From: Candidatus Omnitrophota bacterium
GTDB taxonomy: Bacteria > Omnitrophota > Gorgyraeia > Gygaellales > Profunditerraquicolaceae
NCBI GenBank assembly: GCA_041661605.1
Contig: JBAZUE010000002.1
Coordinates: 40,010-104,009, forward strand
Length of the DNA: 64,000 nucleotides
Direction of reading: 5' to 3'
How positions within the stretch are numbered: the stretch's first letter is position 1; each line of letters opens with the position of its first letter. Positions 1 to 7,916 of the stretch are shown here, in pieces. A program made the position numbers and the translations under genes. The notes beneath the pieces were generated by a model. That model saw only the letters and a list, made by a program, of their open reading frames with translations, made no database searches and was not told where the DNA came from.

Positions 1-600
1 TACTAATCCAGCACCCGCTTCTTCGTGATAAATATCAAAAAATCCTAAGCTAGGCCCCAGCTTTCTATGGTCACGCAGTTTTGCTTCCTCCAAAGAATTT
101 AAATACTCGTCTAATTCTTTTTGCGTGTTAAAACAGGTTCCATAAATTCTCTGCAGCATGGGGTTAGTTTCAATACCGTGCCAGTAAGCACCGGCAACCG
201 ATAATAACTTAAAGAATTTTATTTCTCCGGTAGATTTCACATGCGGCCCGCGGCATAAATCTAAGAAAGCTTTACCGGTTTTATAAATAGAAACTGTCTG
301 CCCTGGTAAATCGTTGATAAGCCCTACTTTATAATCTTCATTTGTTTTCTTAAATAACGCCAGAGCCTCAGATTTATCCAGCTCTTGGCGCAAAAATGGT
401 TCATCTCTGGCGATAATTTTCTGCATCTCCTGTTCGATGTTAAGCAGGTCCTCATTGCTAAACGGTTCTTTTTTGTCAAAATCATAATAAAAGCCGTCTT
501 CAATCGAAGGCCCAATGGCTAATTTTGTCTCTGGCCAGAGAATTTTGACCGCCTCAGCCATAACATGGGAACATGAATGTCGTAAAGTAGATAAATCCAT
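1..600 (-). CDS. thrS: threonyl-tRNA synthetase, 5' portion (gene continues beyond window start); appears to lack the N-terminal TGS domain
   Basis: My own reverse-complement translation reads in frame through position 1: MDLSTLRHSCSHVMAEAV...DHRKLGPSLGFFDIYHEEAGAGLV. It carries the ThrRS N2/editing motifs RHSC(A/S)H and DHRK.G..L.L(Y)H. A GAGGG SD lies about 10 nt upstream of the ATG at 600, an alternative ATG sits at 618, and an in-frame stop at 628-630 forbids a longer N-terminus. Confidence 0.8.
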   Translation of the reverse strand, partial: MDLSTLRHSCSHVMAEAVKILWPETKLAIGPSIEDGFYYDFDKKEPFSNEDLLNIEQEMQKIIARDEPFLRQELDKSEALALFKKTNEDYKVGLINDLPGQTVSIYKTGKAFLDLCRGPHVKSTGEIKFFKLLSVAGAYWHGIETNPMLQRIYGTCFNTQKELDEYLNSLEEAKLRDHRKLGPSLGFFDIYHEEAGAGLV

Positions 601-721
601 TTTAGCAATTTCCCTCATCGAAAAATTAATGCATTAAGGCACTACGTTCGCTACGCCCCTTGTCGGGGCGTTTAACGCTCACTTTAGTGCCAATTAAGTT
701 TTCCTTGTTGGAAAACTTAAT

Positions 722-795
722 TGGGCCCAAGTGGACTTGAACCACTGACCTTTGCGATGTCAACGCAACGCTCTAACCAACTGAGCTATGAGCCC
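722..795 (-). tRNA. tRNA-Val (anticodon GAC)
   Basis: Folded by hand: acceptor GGGCUCA/UGGGCCC, anticodon loop UUGACAU, T-loop UUCAAGU; 74 nt. Confidence 0.85.
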
Positions 796-868
796 GAGCA
801 CAATAAGTTTTAGTCTAGCGAGGCTCTGACACGTTCTCCGTCAGAGCCTTATGTATACAGAATCTAAT

Positions 869-951
869 TGGGCAAGAAGGGAGTCGGACCCTTACGACCT
901 TGCGGCCAACAGATTTTAAGTCTGTCGTGTATGCCATTCCACCACTTGCCC
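869..951 (-). tRNA. tRNA-Leu (anticodon UAA), long variable arm
   Basis: Acceptor GGGCAAG/CUUGCCC, anticodon stem ACAGA/UCUGU with loop CUUAAAA, T-arm AAGGG-UCCGACU-CCCUU, 15-nt variable arm; 83 nt. Confidence 0.8.
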
Positions 952-963
952 GTTAAAATTTCA

Positions 964-1038
964 TGGAGGCGACGAGCGGAATTGAACCGCTGAATAGTTG
1001 TTTTGCAGACAACTGCCTTACCACTTGGCTACGTCGCC
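964..1038 (-). tRNA. tRNA-Cys (anticodon GCA), CCA encoded
   Basis: Acceptor GGCGACG/CGUCGCC, anticodon loop CUGCAAA, T-loop UUCAAUU, 3' UCCA; 75 nt. Confidence 0.85.
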
Positions 1039-1042
1039 AAAA

Positions 1043-1591
1043 CTACAAATATTTTTTTACTTCCTTAACAATATCCTCTGGCTCTGCCAAACAACCTAAT
1101 CCCACCTTGCCGCAGGCAAGCACGCCTTTACGCGGTGCGATAAATTTATAACCACAGGATTTTAATTTCGCAATATTGCTCTGTGTAATCTTGTTATTAT
1201 ACATAACCTCATTCATTGCCGGGGCAATTAAAATTTTCTCGTTACTTGCACAAACTGTACAGGTTAAAAGGTCATCGCAAATACCTGCGGCAAGCTTGGC
1301 AATTATATTAGCTGTCGCCGGGGCAATTAAAATTAAATCCGCCTCTTGCGCCAAAGATACATGCTCGATCTCCCAGGTATCAGGCTCATTAAAAATATCT
1401 GCCTGATAAACCCTGTTGCCGCTTAAACTGGCAAAAACAATCGGCCTGATCAACTCCTCTGCCTCTTTGGTCATAATTACTTTAACTACAAAACCGCATT
1501 CTTTGAGCCTGCGAATAAGTTCACAGGCTTTATAGATTGCAATACTTGCGGTTACGCCTAAAATAATATTTTTCTTGGGCCTCTCCATCAT
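1043..1591 (-). CDS. coaC: phosphopantothenoylcysteine decarboxylase (flavoprotein, CoaC-type, stand-alone 182 aa)
   Basis: ORF-track protein with N-terminal flavoprotein signature ILGVTASIAIYKA and PAMN motif; its length corresponds to the CoaC half of CoaBC. Confidence 0.75.
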   Translation of the reverse strand: MMERPKKNIILGVTASIAIYKACELIRRLKECGFVVKVIMTKEAEELIRPIVFASLSGNRVYQADIFNEPDTWEIEHVSLAQEADLILIAPATANIIAKLAAGICDDLLTCTVCASNEKILIAPAMNEVMYNNKITQSNIAKLKSCGYKFIAPRKGVLACGKVGLGCLAEPEDIVKEVKKYL

Positions 1592-1797
1592 TCTTTTGTT
1601 TTTATTGCCCTGGCTTCTATCTTACCCTGTTCAATTTCATGTAAAGCCACGGTAGAGGGTTTCGTAGAAGCGCTGTCATCCACCAATTTTGGCTGGCCTT
1701 CGGCAATCTCTAAGGCTCTTTTAGAGGCTAGAATTACCAGCTTATAAATAGACCCCAAACTCTTATCTAATAATTTCTCCCTGCCCCGATATCCCAT
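1588..1797 (-). CDS. rpoZ: DNA-directed RNA polymerase subunit omega
   Basis: 69 aa; LVILASKRALEIAEG and TVALHEIEQGKI match the RpoZ consensus; sits in the conserved yicC-gmk-rpoZ arrangement. Confidence 0.8.
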   Translation of the reverse strand: MGYRGREKLLDKSLGSIYKLVILASKRALEIAEGQPKLVDDSASTKPSTVALHEIEQGKIEARAIKTKE

Positions 1798-1819
1798 CTT
1801 TTACCCCCTAAGTAATATG

Positions 1820-2419
1820 TTAAGCGCTGTTTTCCTTCAAAAATATCTTCTTTAATTCCTTAAAAGCAACCCGCAGATTCCGGTTCAAGATACGATAGTC
1901 AAATTGCGACGCTGCCAGAATCTCCCGTTGTGCCAGAAGCAGACGCTGCGTTACTTCTTTTTTATTAGTCTCTCTGCAACGGCCTTCAATCCTTGCCTTA
2001 AGCGCATTAAGCGAAGGAGGAAGGACAAAAATCGTTACCGTATTATGGGGATAGATTTTCTTAAGAATCCTTGCGCCCTTAAGATCTAAACAAAACCCGA
2101 TATGCTTGCCTTTCTTAAGCCGGGCTTCTACCAGCTCCCTGGGCGTCCCGTAATAATATCCCAAATACCTGGTCCATTCAAGAATTTTTTTCGCTTTTAA
2201 TAAACGCTTAAATTTATCTTTAGTAATAAAAAGATAATCCTTGCCCTGTCTTTCCCCAAGACGCCTGGGACGGGTAGTAACAGAGAGCGACTTTGCCAGC
2301 AATTTTCCGGTTTTTTTATCTTGGATTAATTTGGTCAGAAGGGTAGTTTTACCTGAGCCCGAAGGCCCGGAGATTATAAAGATTTTCCCTGGCTTATTTT
2401 GTCTTTTTTTGGCTTTCAC
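1820..2419 (-). CDS. gmk: guanylate kinase
   Basis: P-loop GPSGSGKTT and TTRPRRLGE..G.DY.F motifs. Confidence 0.9.
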   Translation of the reverse strand: MKAKKRQNKPGKIFIISGPSGSGKTTLLTKLIQDKKTGKLLAKSLSVTTRPRRLGERQGKDYLFITKDKFKRLLKAKKILEWTRYLGYYYGTPRELVEARLKKGKHIGFCLDLKGARILKKIYPHNTVTIFVLPPSLNALKARIEGRCRETNKKEVTQRLLLAQREILAASQFDYRILNRNLRVAFKELKKIFLKENSA

Positions 2420-3246
2420 TACTCGATATTCTGCACCTGTTCGCGGATCTTCTCGATCTGGCTTTTCATCTGTACGGCACGCCCCGAAATGATCAGATCA
2501 AATGACTTCGCCGCCAGGGTATTTGCTTCCCTTTGCATCTCCTGAGTAATAAAATCCAACTCCTTGCCTACAGAACCGCCCTTAGCAATCTTCTGCTGAA
2601 AATTCTTTATGTGAAAATTCAACCGATCCATTTCTTCAGAGATATCCGCCCCCTTTAAAAAAGCCGAACGCTCCTCCTCTACTCTTATCTTCTGGAGCCT
2701 GTTTTTTACTGCTGAGACGAACCTGCGCTTAATCAAAGCCAGGTCTTTTTTAAGTAACTCAGTTCTATTTCTTAGCAAAACTGCCAAAGCCCTGCCCTCT
2801 TTCTGGCGCGTCTTTAATAATTCTACAAGTGCCTGCTGCATCAGGGGTTTAAGATGCTCCCAAATATGCATTCCAGCAGGTTTATTTTCTTTGAGCGACA
2901 AAATACCAGGCAACCGTATTAAAGAATCTAGCGCTAAACCATCTTTGATCTTAAACTCTTTCTTAATACTATTTAACTCATGTAAATAATTTTTCAAAAG
3001 CTTGCGGTTTACAAATATCCCCTGTGCTTCTTGTCCTTTTATGTTTATGGCACAAAAGACCCTGCCACGACTGATTTTAGTTTCAATCTCTTTTTTTAAT
3101 TTGTCCTCTAAAGCAAGCATACCTTCCGGAAGATGAAAAACGGTTTCCTGAAATTTGTGGTTAGTGCATCTTAACTCCACAGAAATCCTGCCGATAGAAT
3201 CAATCTCGGCTTCCTGACTACCAAATCCAGTCATACTGCTAATCAT
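2419..3246 (-). CDS. yicC: YicC family stress-induced protein (DUF1732)
   Basis: N-terminal MTGFG and C-terminal GKELDFITQEMQREANTLAAK, typical of YicC; located upstream of gmk as in many bacteria. Confidence 0.8.
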   Translation of the reverse strand: MISSMTGFGSQEAEIDSIGRISVELRCTNHKFQETVFHLPEGMLALEDKLKKEIETKISRGRVFCAINIKGQEAQGIFVNRKLLKNYLHELNSIKKEFKIKDGLALDSLIRLPGILSLKENKPAGMHIWEHLKPLMQQALVELLKTRQKEGRALAVLLRNRTELLKKDLALIKRRFVSAVKNRLQKIRVEEERSAFLKGADISEEMDRLNFHIKNFQQKIAKGGSVGKELDFITQEMQREANTLAAKSFDLIISGRAVQMKSQIEKIREQVQNIE

Positions 3247-3249
3247 TTT

Positions 3250-3753
3250 TTATCTCCAGACTCTGCTTGTTATTTCCTTCTGCGCTAAATCTTTTGTCGA
3301 ATATAAATCAACGATAATTTCACCTGGGCTAAACCAAAGCTTGATCTCTCTTTCCGCTTCGGATTCATTAGACGAAACATGAATTACATTTTCATAAACT
3401 CCGGATGTAGTTATCCTCCCATAAGAACCGCGGATAGAGGTCGAATCAGCCTCCTCGGGATTGGTAGCTCCGGCTAATTCCCGGCATTTTCTAATTGCAT
3501 CCTCTCCCCAATAAACAAGAGCCATAACCTTCTTGCGATCGTGTAATTCCCCTTGGAGATATTTAATAATCTCCCCAAAAAAAGGCTTATCTTCTAAATG
3601 TTTATAGTGCTCCTCTGCCAGCTCTTTTGATACGCGTACCATTTTAGCAGCGACAATTTCGAGTTTGGTCTCGGATAAACGCGTAAGGATGTTTCCGGTA
3701 AGCGATTTTTTTAATCCATCCGGCTTGATAAGAATTAAAACTGCCTGGTCCAT
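3250..3753 (-). CDS. ndk: nucleoside diphosphate kinase (with C-terminal extension)
   Basis: LILIKPDG, AGATNP and IRGSYG motifs. Confidence 0.8.
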   Translation of the reverse strand: MDQAVLILIKPDGLKKSLTGNILTRLSETKLEIVAAKMVRVSKELAEEHYKHLEDKPFFGEIIKYLQGELHDRKKVMALVYWGEDAIRKCRELAGATNPEEADSTSIRGSYGRITTSGVYENVIHVSSNESEAEREIKLWFSPGEIIVDLYSTKDLAQKEITSRVWR

Positions 3754-3756
3754 TAT

Positions 3757-4614
3757 CTATTTTCCTCCTTTGATTACATTAACTATACGCTCAAGATCCT
3801 CTTGAGAATAAAATTCAATATTTATATGCCCACGCTTCTTTCTTTTGCTGATCCTGACTTTAGTAGCCAAGGCATGTTGTAGCTGCTCTTCCAAAATAGC
3901 AACCAGTGGTTCCCGCTGGCCCTGACCGATACTTCTTTTTATTAATTTTGGCCGGCTGCTTTTGATCAAGCTCTCCAGCTCGCGCACAGAAAGCCCCTTG
4001 GAAATAACATCCTGCACAAGTTTACGTTGATGATTTATATCTTCTATTTCTAACAGGGCGCGTCCATGCGCAAAACTAATCCGCCCTTTTTTCATCTCTT
4101 CTTGAATCTCATGAGGAAGTTTGAGCAGGCGTAAAGTGTTTGTAATAGTCACCCTGGCTTTCCCCAGGACTTCGCTAATTTTCTCCTGAGTAACTTGAAA
4201 TTTATCCATTAAGTGCTGATAAGCGTGCGCTTCTTCAATAGGATTTAATCCTTCCCTTTGGATATTTTCAATTAAAGCTAGCTCTAAAGAATCTTGATCA
4301 CTCACATCCCGCACGATAACAGGAATCTCTTTGAGGTTTAAAATAGTGGCAGCGCGGAATCTTCTTTCCCCGGCGATTAATTCATAATTATCCCCCCTAC
4401 GCCTCACCAAAAGCGGCTGGATAACTCCTTTTTCTTTAATAGATTGAGCTAATTCTTCTATACTTTGCTGATCAAAATTCTCTCGCGGCTGAAATGGATT
4501 TGGTTTTATTTGTTCAGATTGAAGATAAACAATCTCTTCTTTGTGCGTTTGGCCTTCAAAAGTTTTTTCCGGAATTAAAGCGCTTAAACCTTTACCCAAA
4601 GCTTTTCTCTCCAT
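3757..4614 (-). CDS. parB: chromosome partitioning protein ParB/Spo0J
   Basis: GERRFRAA ParB box and an HTH region; adjacent to parA. Confidence 0.9.
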   Translation of the reverse strand: MERKALGKGLSALIPEKTFEGQTHKEEIVYLQSEQIKPNPFQPRENFDQQSIEELAQSIKEKGVIQPLLVRRRGDNYELIAGERRFRAATILNLKEIPVIVRDVSDQDSLELALIENIQREGLNPIEEAHAYQHLMDKFQVTQEKISEVLGKARVTITNTLRLLKLPHEIQEEMKKGRISFAHGRALLEIEDINHQRKLVQDVISKGLSVRELESLIKSSRPKLIKRSIGQGQREPLVAILEEQLQHALATKVRISKRKKRGHINIEFYSQEDLERIVNVIKGGK

Positions 4615-5411
4615 TAGACTTCTCCTTGTCCCTGCGGGATTTTAAGATTCAACGGTAAACCCAATATCTCCTTACTAAGCTCCTCATATTTTTGAGCGCC
4701 AAGAGAATCCCGGTCATACAAAGCAATGGGTTTACCAAAGCTTGGTGCCTCGGTTAAACGAATATTCCTGGGAATCACGGTATTATAAACCTTTTCTTTA
4801 AAATGGTTGCGTGCCTCCTGGATTACCTCTTTAGTCAGGTTGGTACGGAAATCCGCCATTGTTAAAAGCACGCCTTCAATTCCCAAAGAAGGATTAAGAT
4901 TTTCTTTCACAAGTCTAATAGTATTATGTAGTTGCGTCAATCCTTCTAAGGCATAATATTCGCATTGTACTGGAATTATTACCGAATCAGCAGCACACAA
5001 ACCATTAATTGTAAGCAATCCCAAAGAAGGCGGGGAATCGATAATTAAAAAGTCAAAATTTTCTTTTACTTTTTGCAGAGCTCTTTTTAACCTATGCTCT
5101 CGCCCTAATGCACCTACTAATTCTACCTCTGCTCCGGTTAAATCCAAATTAGAAGGAGCAAGCACGAGATTATCAACTCCGGTTTTTTGTAATATATCTG
5201 ATATTTCTACCTCTTCTAATAAAATGTGATAAGTACTTTTTTTAATATCATGTTTATTTACCCCAATTCCACTAGTTGCATTTGCTTGAGGATCCAAATC
5301 AAGCAGCATAACCTTCTTACCTGCCATAGCAAGATATGCTGAAAGATTAATAGAAGTAGTAGTTTTACCTACTCCACCCTTTTGATTACAGATTGCAATT
5401 ATCTTACCCAT
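4614..5411 (-). CDS. parA: chromosome partitioning ATPase ParA/Soj (ORF extends to 5450; the internal Met at 5411 gives the canonical MGKIIAICNQKGGVGKTT N-terminus)
   Basis: Deviant Walker A KGGVGKTTT. The start is ambiguous between 5450 and 5411. Confidence 0.88.
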   Translation of the reverse strand: MGKIIAICNQKGGVGKTTTSINLSAYLAMAGKKVMLLDLDPQANATSGIGVNKHDIKKSTYHILLEEVEISDILQKTGVDNLVLAPSNLDLTGAEVELVGALGREHRLKRALQKVKENFDFLIIDSPPSLGLLTINGLCAADSVIIPVQCEYYALEGLTQLHNTIRLVKENLNPSLGIEGVLLTMADFRTNLTKEVIQEARNHFKEKVYNTVIPRNIRLTEAPSFGKPIALYDRDSLGAQKYEELSKEILGLPLNLKIPQGQGEV

Positions 5412-5491
5412 TGATATTCTTACGGTTAAGAATAGTTCCCCGGGAAACATTCCCTTTAGCTAAACTAATTATCCTAAAATTACAGCAAATG

Positions 5492-5692
5492 TCAAGTATT
5501 TTCTTTATTTGAAATTACACTTACACGCACCTTAGCAGGTTCAGCTCCAGGCATACCAAAAAGACCTTTCTTTTCTTCAGATAAAACCTGTATTCTTACA
5601 CTTTTCCGCGGAAGCTTTAATTCTTGCAAAGCCCTTCCAATGGCCTCTTCAACAGTATTCCCCTCAACTTCTAGATATTTTACCTTTTTCAT
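5492..5692 (-). CDS. Jag_N-domain-only protein (truncated Jag/KhpB-like; KH and R3H domains absent)
   Basis: 66 aa, MKKVKYLEVEGNTVEEAIGRALQELKL...KKGLFGMPGAEPAKVRV matches the Jag N-terminal domain consensus; positioned downstream of yidC, as jag is. Confidence 0.6.
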   Translation of the reverse strand: MKKVKYLEVEGNTVEEAIGRALQELKLPRKSVRIQVLSEEKKGLFGMPGAEPAKVRVSVISNKENT

Positions 5693-7218
5693 TTCTGTTT
5701 ATTTATGCGCACTTGATAAACAAGCATCAATATGCTGTTTACAAACCAATAAAGCACTAACCCTGATGGCATATGGTAAAAAATAACCCCAAACATAACA
5801 GGCATAATAATTGCCATCATTTTTTGTTGCTGAGCTGCTTCTCCAGTTGCCTTAACTGTAGAGATCTTTTGTTGTACAAACATACCAATAGCCATTAAAA
5901 TTGGTAAAATATTTATTTGGTTTCCTAAAATAGGTATTGAATTTTTAAAGGTAAAAAGCTGATCCGGAGAAGAAAGATCTTTGATCCAGAAGAAATGGGC
6001 TCCTCTTAAAGCTACTGAACGAATTAATGCCTGATACAGAGCAAAGAAAATCGGCATTTGGAGCAAAAGCGGAAGACACCCACCCAATGGGTTAACCTTA
6101 TGTTCTTTATATAGTTCCATAATTTCTTTATTTAATCTTTGGGGATTATCTTTAAGTTCTTTACGTAAAGCTTCAATCTTGGGTTGCAAAAGTTGCATCT
6201 CCTTCATGGAGCGCATTTGTTTAAGTGAAAGCGGAAAAAGTAGAAAGTAGACAGCGAGACTTAATATAATTATCGCCCATCCCCAGTTATGCACCAAGCC
6301 ATAGAAAAAACCCAGCAACTGTAAAAGTAGCTGGGCAATAAAATCAAAGGTCCCATAATATATAATCCCTGACCATTCTGTCTTAATATTATTTATTGTT
6401 TTCAAATCCTGAGGACCTAAATAAATATGAAATAAATGTCCAATCTGGGCTCCAGGCTTTAAATTTATCTCGGAATCCAAAATACCAACTTCTGATTCCT
6501 GGCTATTGAGCTTTTTAACATAGGCACTGGTTACCATACCAGCGGGTTCCAAAATGGCGCAAAAATATTGATCACGTAACCCAATAAATTTTACATCATG
6601 GGTAGTAAAATCTTTTCCCGCTGGCAGATGAAAGTTCTTTTCTTTGTTACCAACGAAAACATCTTGATAACGAGACTGGTTATTTTTAGCTGATAAATCT
6701 AACCGGCCTAAGATTATTTGAGGATGCAATAGAAGGGGGGAAGAAGACAAGTTTTGAATCTTAATCTCTAAATCTATGGTATAGCTATTGTTAGGAATAA
6801 TAAACTTCTTAATAATGCGTTTGTCTTGATCCTGATAAACAAATGATATTTGTTCCTTAGTTATACTCTCCTGTTTAAATAAACTGCCGTTATCAGAAAG
6901 AAAGCCAATTTTGAGAGGCAGGCGATGCTCAAGTTTATTTTTAAAAACTACCTCCACAATAGCAGCTCTAGCCGGATCAAAAATTATATCCCGACTATCT
7001 TGGATGAATTTTACTAATTCATTTGCAGAGCTCAAAGGAGGCAGAGCTTCACCTGATATTTGATTAACTGGCAGGACTTGTTGAGCTAATGGTTGTTCCT
7101 GTGTTTTATTCAGCGCAACTCCTTTATTATCAATTAGTTGCGATTTCGGAACTAAAGCTGACCAACTCAACAAAACCAACAAAGATAAAGCAATAGCTAA
7201 TACTAAACGTTTTTCCAT
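5689..7218 (-). CDS. yidC: membrane protein insertase YidC
   Basis: 509 aa, N-terminal TM anchor, periplasmic domain, conserved C-terminal core ...NPLGGCLPLLLQMPIFFALY. Confidence 0.92.
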   Translation of the reverse strand: MEKRLVLAIALSLLVLLSWSALVPKSQLIDNKGVALNKTQEQPLAQQVLPVNQISGEALPPLSSANELVKFIQDSRDIIFDPARAAIVEVVFKNKLEHRLPLKIGFLSDNGSLFKQESITKEQISFVYQDQDKRIIKKFIIPNNSYTIDLEIKIQNLSSSPLLLHPQIILGRLDLSAKNNQSRYQDVFVGNKEKNFHLPAGKDFTTHDVKFIGLRDQYFCAILEPAGMVTSAYVKKLNSQESEVGILDSEINLKPGAQIGHLFHIYLGPQDLKTINNIKTEWSGIIYYGTFDFIAQLLLQLLGFFYGLVHNWGWAIIILSLAVYFLLFPLSLKQMRSMKEMQLLQPKIEALRKELKDNPQRLNKEIMELYKEHKVNPLGGCLPLLLQMPIFFALYQALIRSVALRGAHFFWIKDLSSPDQLFTFKNSIPILGNQINILPILMAIGMFVQQKISTVKATGEAAQQQKMMAIIMPVMFGVIFYHMPSGLVLYWFVNSILMLVYQVRINKQK

Positions 7219-7223
7219 AGATT

Positions 7224-7439
7224 TTATGTTAAGGGATCATAACCTGACCGGCCAGAAAAAGGATGGCAACGCAGAATTCTTGTTAGCCCTTTACATACTC
7301 CTTTAAATAACCCATATTTTAAGATAGCCTGTTTTGTATATTCAGAACATCCCGGCTCAAAACGGCAGGTTGCCGGAATAGCCGGCCTTAAATATCTCTG
7401 ATATGCAGATATCAATTTAAGTATCAGGTTCGCCGGCAT
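7224..7439 (-). CDS. yidD: membrane protein insertion efficiency factor YidD
   Basis: CRFEPGCSEY...RILRCHPF..G.DP motif. The ORF-track start at 7448 is TTG; the ATG at 7437-7439 overlaps the rpmH stop in the string TAATG. Confidence 0.85.
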   Translation of the reverse strand: MPANLILKLISAYQRYLRPAIPATCRFEPGCSEYTKQAILKYGLFKGVCKGLTRILRCHPFSGRSGYDPLT

Positions 7440-7576
7440 TAAATACAAAGCTTCTTTCTCCCCTTGTGCCGTCGACGGGCCAAAGTTTTACGCCCGGACT
7501 TAGTAGACATTTTCTTGAGGAAGCCCTGGCTTCTTTTCCCGACGATATTTGATGGCGTTGTTAAATTCTTTTTCAT
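7439..7576 (-). CDS. rpmH: 50S ribosomal protein L34
   Basis: My own translation: MKKNLTTPSNIVGKRSQGFLKKMSTKSGRKTLARRRHKGRKKLCI (45 aa) against the L34 consensus ...HGFRARM.TKNGR.VLARRRAKGRK.L; AAGGAG SD 8 nt upstream. Not in the supplied ORF track because it is shorter than the cutoff. Confidence 0.9.
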   Translation of the reverse strand: MKKNLTTPSNIVGKRSQGFLKKMSTKSGRKTLARRRHKGRKKLCI

Positions 7577-7916
7577 TTTGGATCTCCTTGGTATTATCCC
7601 CCTATTTCTATAAAAACAGCTCGAGGGAGTCCGCTAAATTTCTTCAGCAGTTTTCCTGATTTTTGTGAATTGTAACACACATTCATTCCGTGGTCAAGTT
7701 TTTTATTGACGTTCCAGGATATTACTGTATAATAACTCACGTTTATCTTTTCTACTTGCAAGGTTTTTGAACTCTGTTATAATGTTTATGTTTTTGCCTA
7801 AACCTATAAGCTTATTTTATCCACAGATTTATGCAAGTTGTGCATAAACTGTTAATTCTGTTGATCAGGGAGTTGACTTTTTATAAGTAATTCGGTTTTT
7901 CTAAAACGAGAAAAGC
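7577..7916. promoter_or_regulatory. putative oriC / divergent promoter region between rpmH and dnaA
   Basis: Perfect DnaA box TTATCCACA at 7817-7825; inverted near-box TGTGCATAA at 7839-7847; 2-mismatch box TTATCCCCC at 7594-7602; AT-rich; gene strand bias switches here. Confidence 0.55.
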
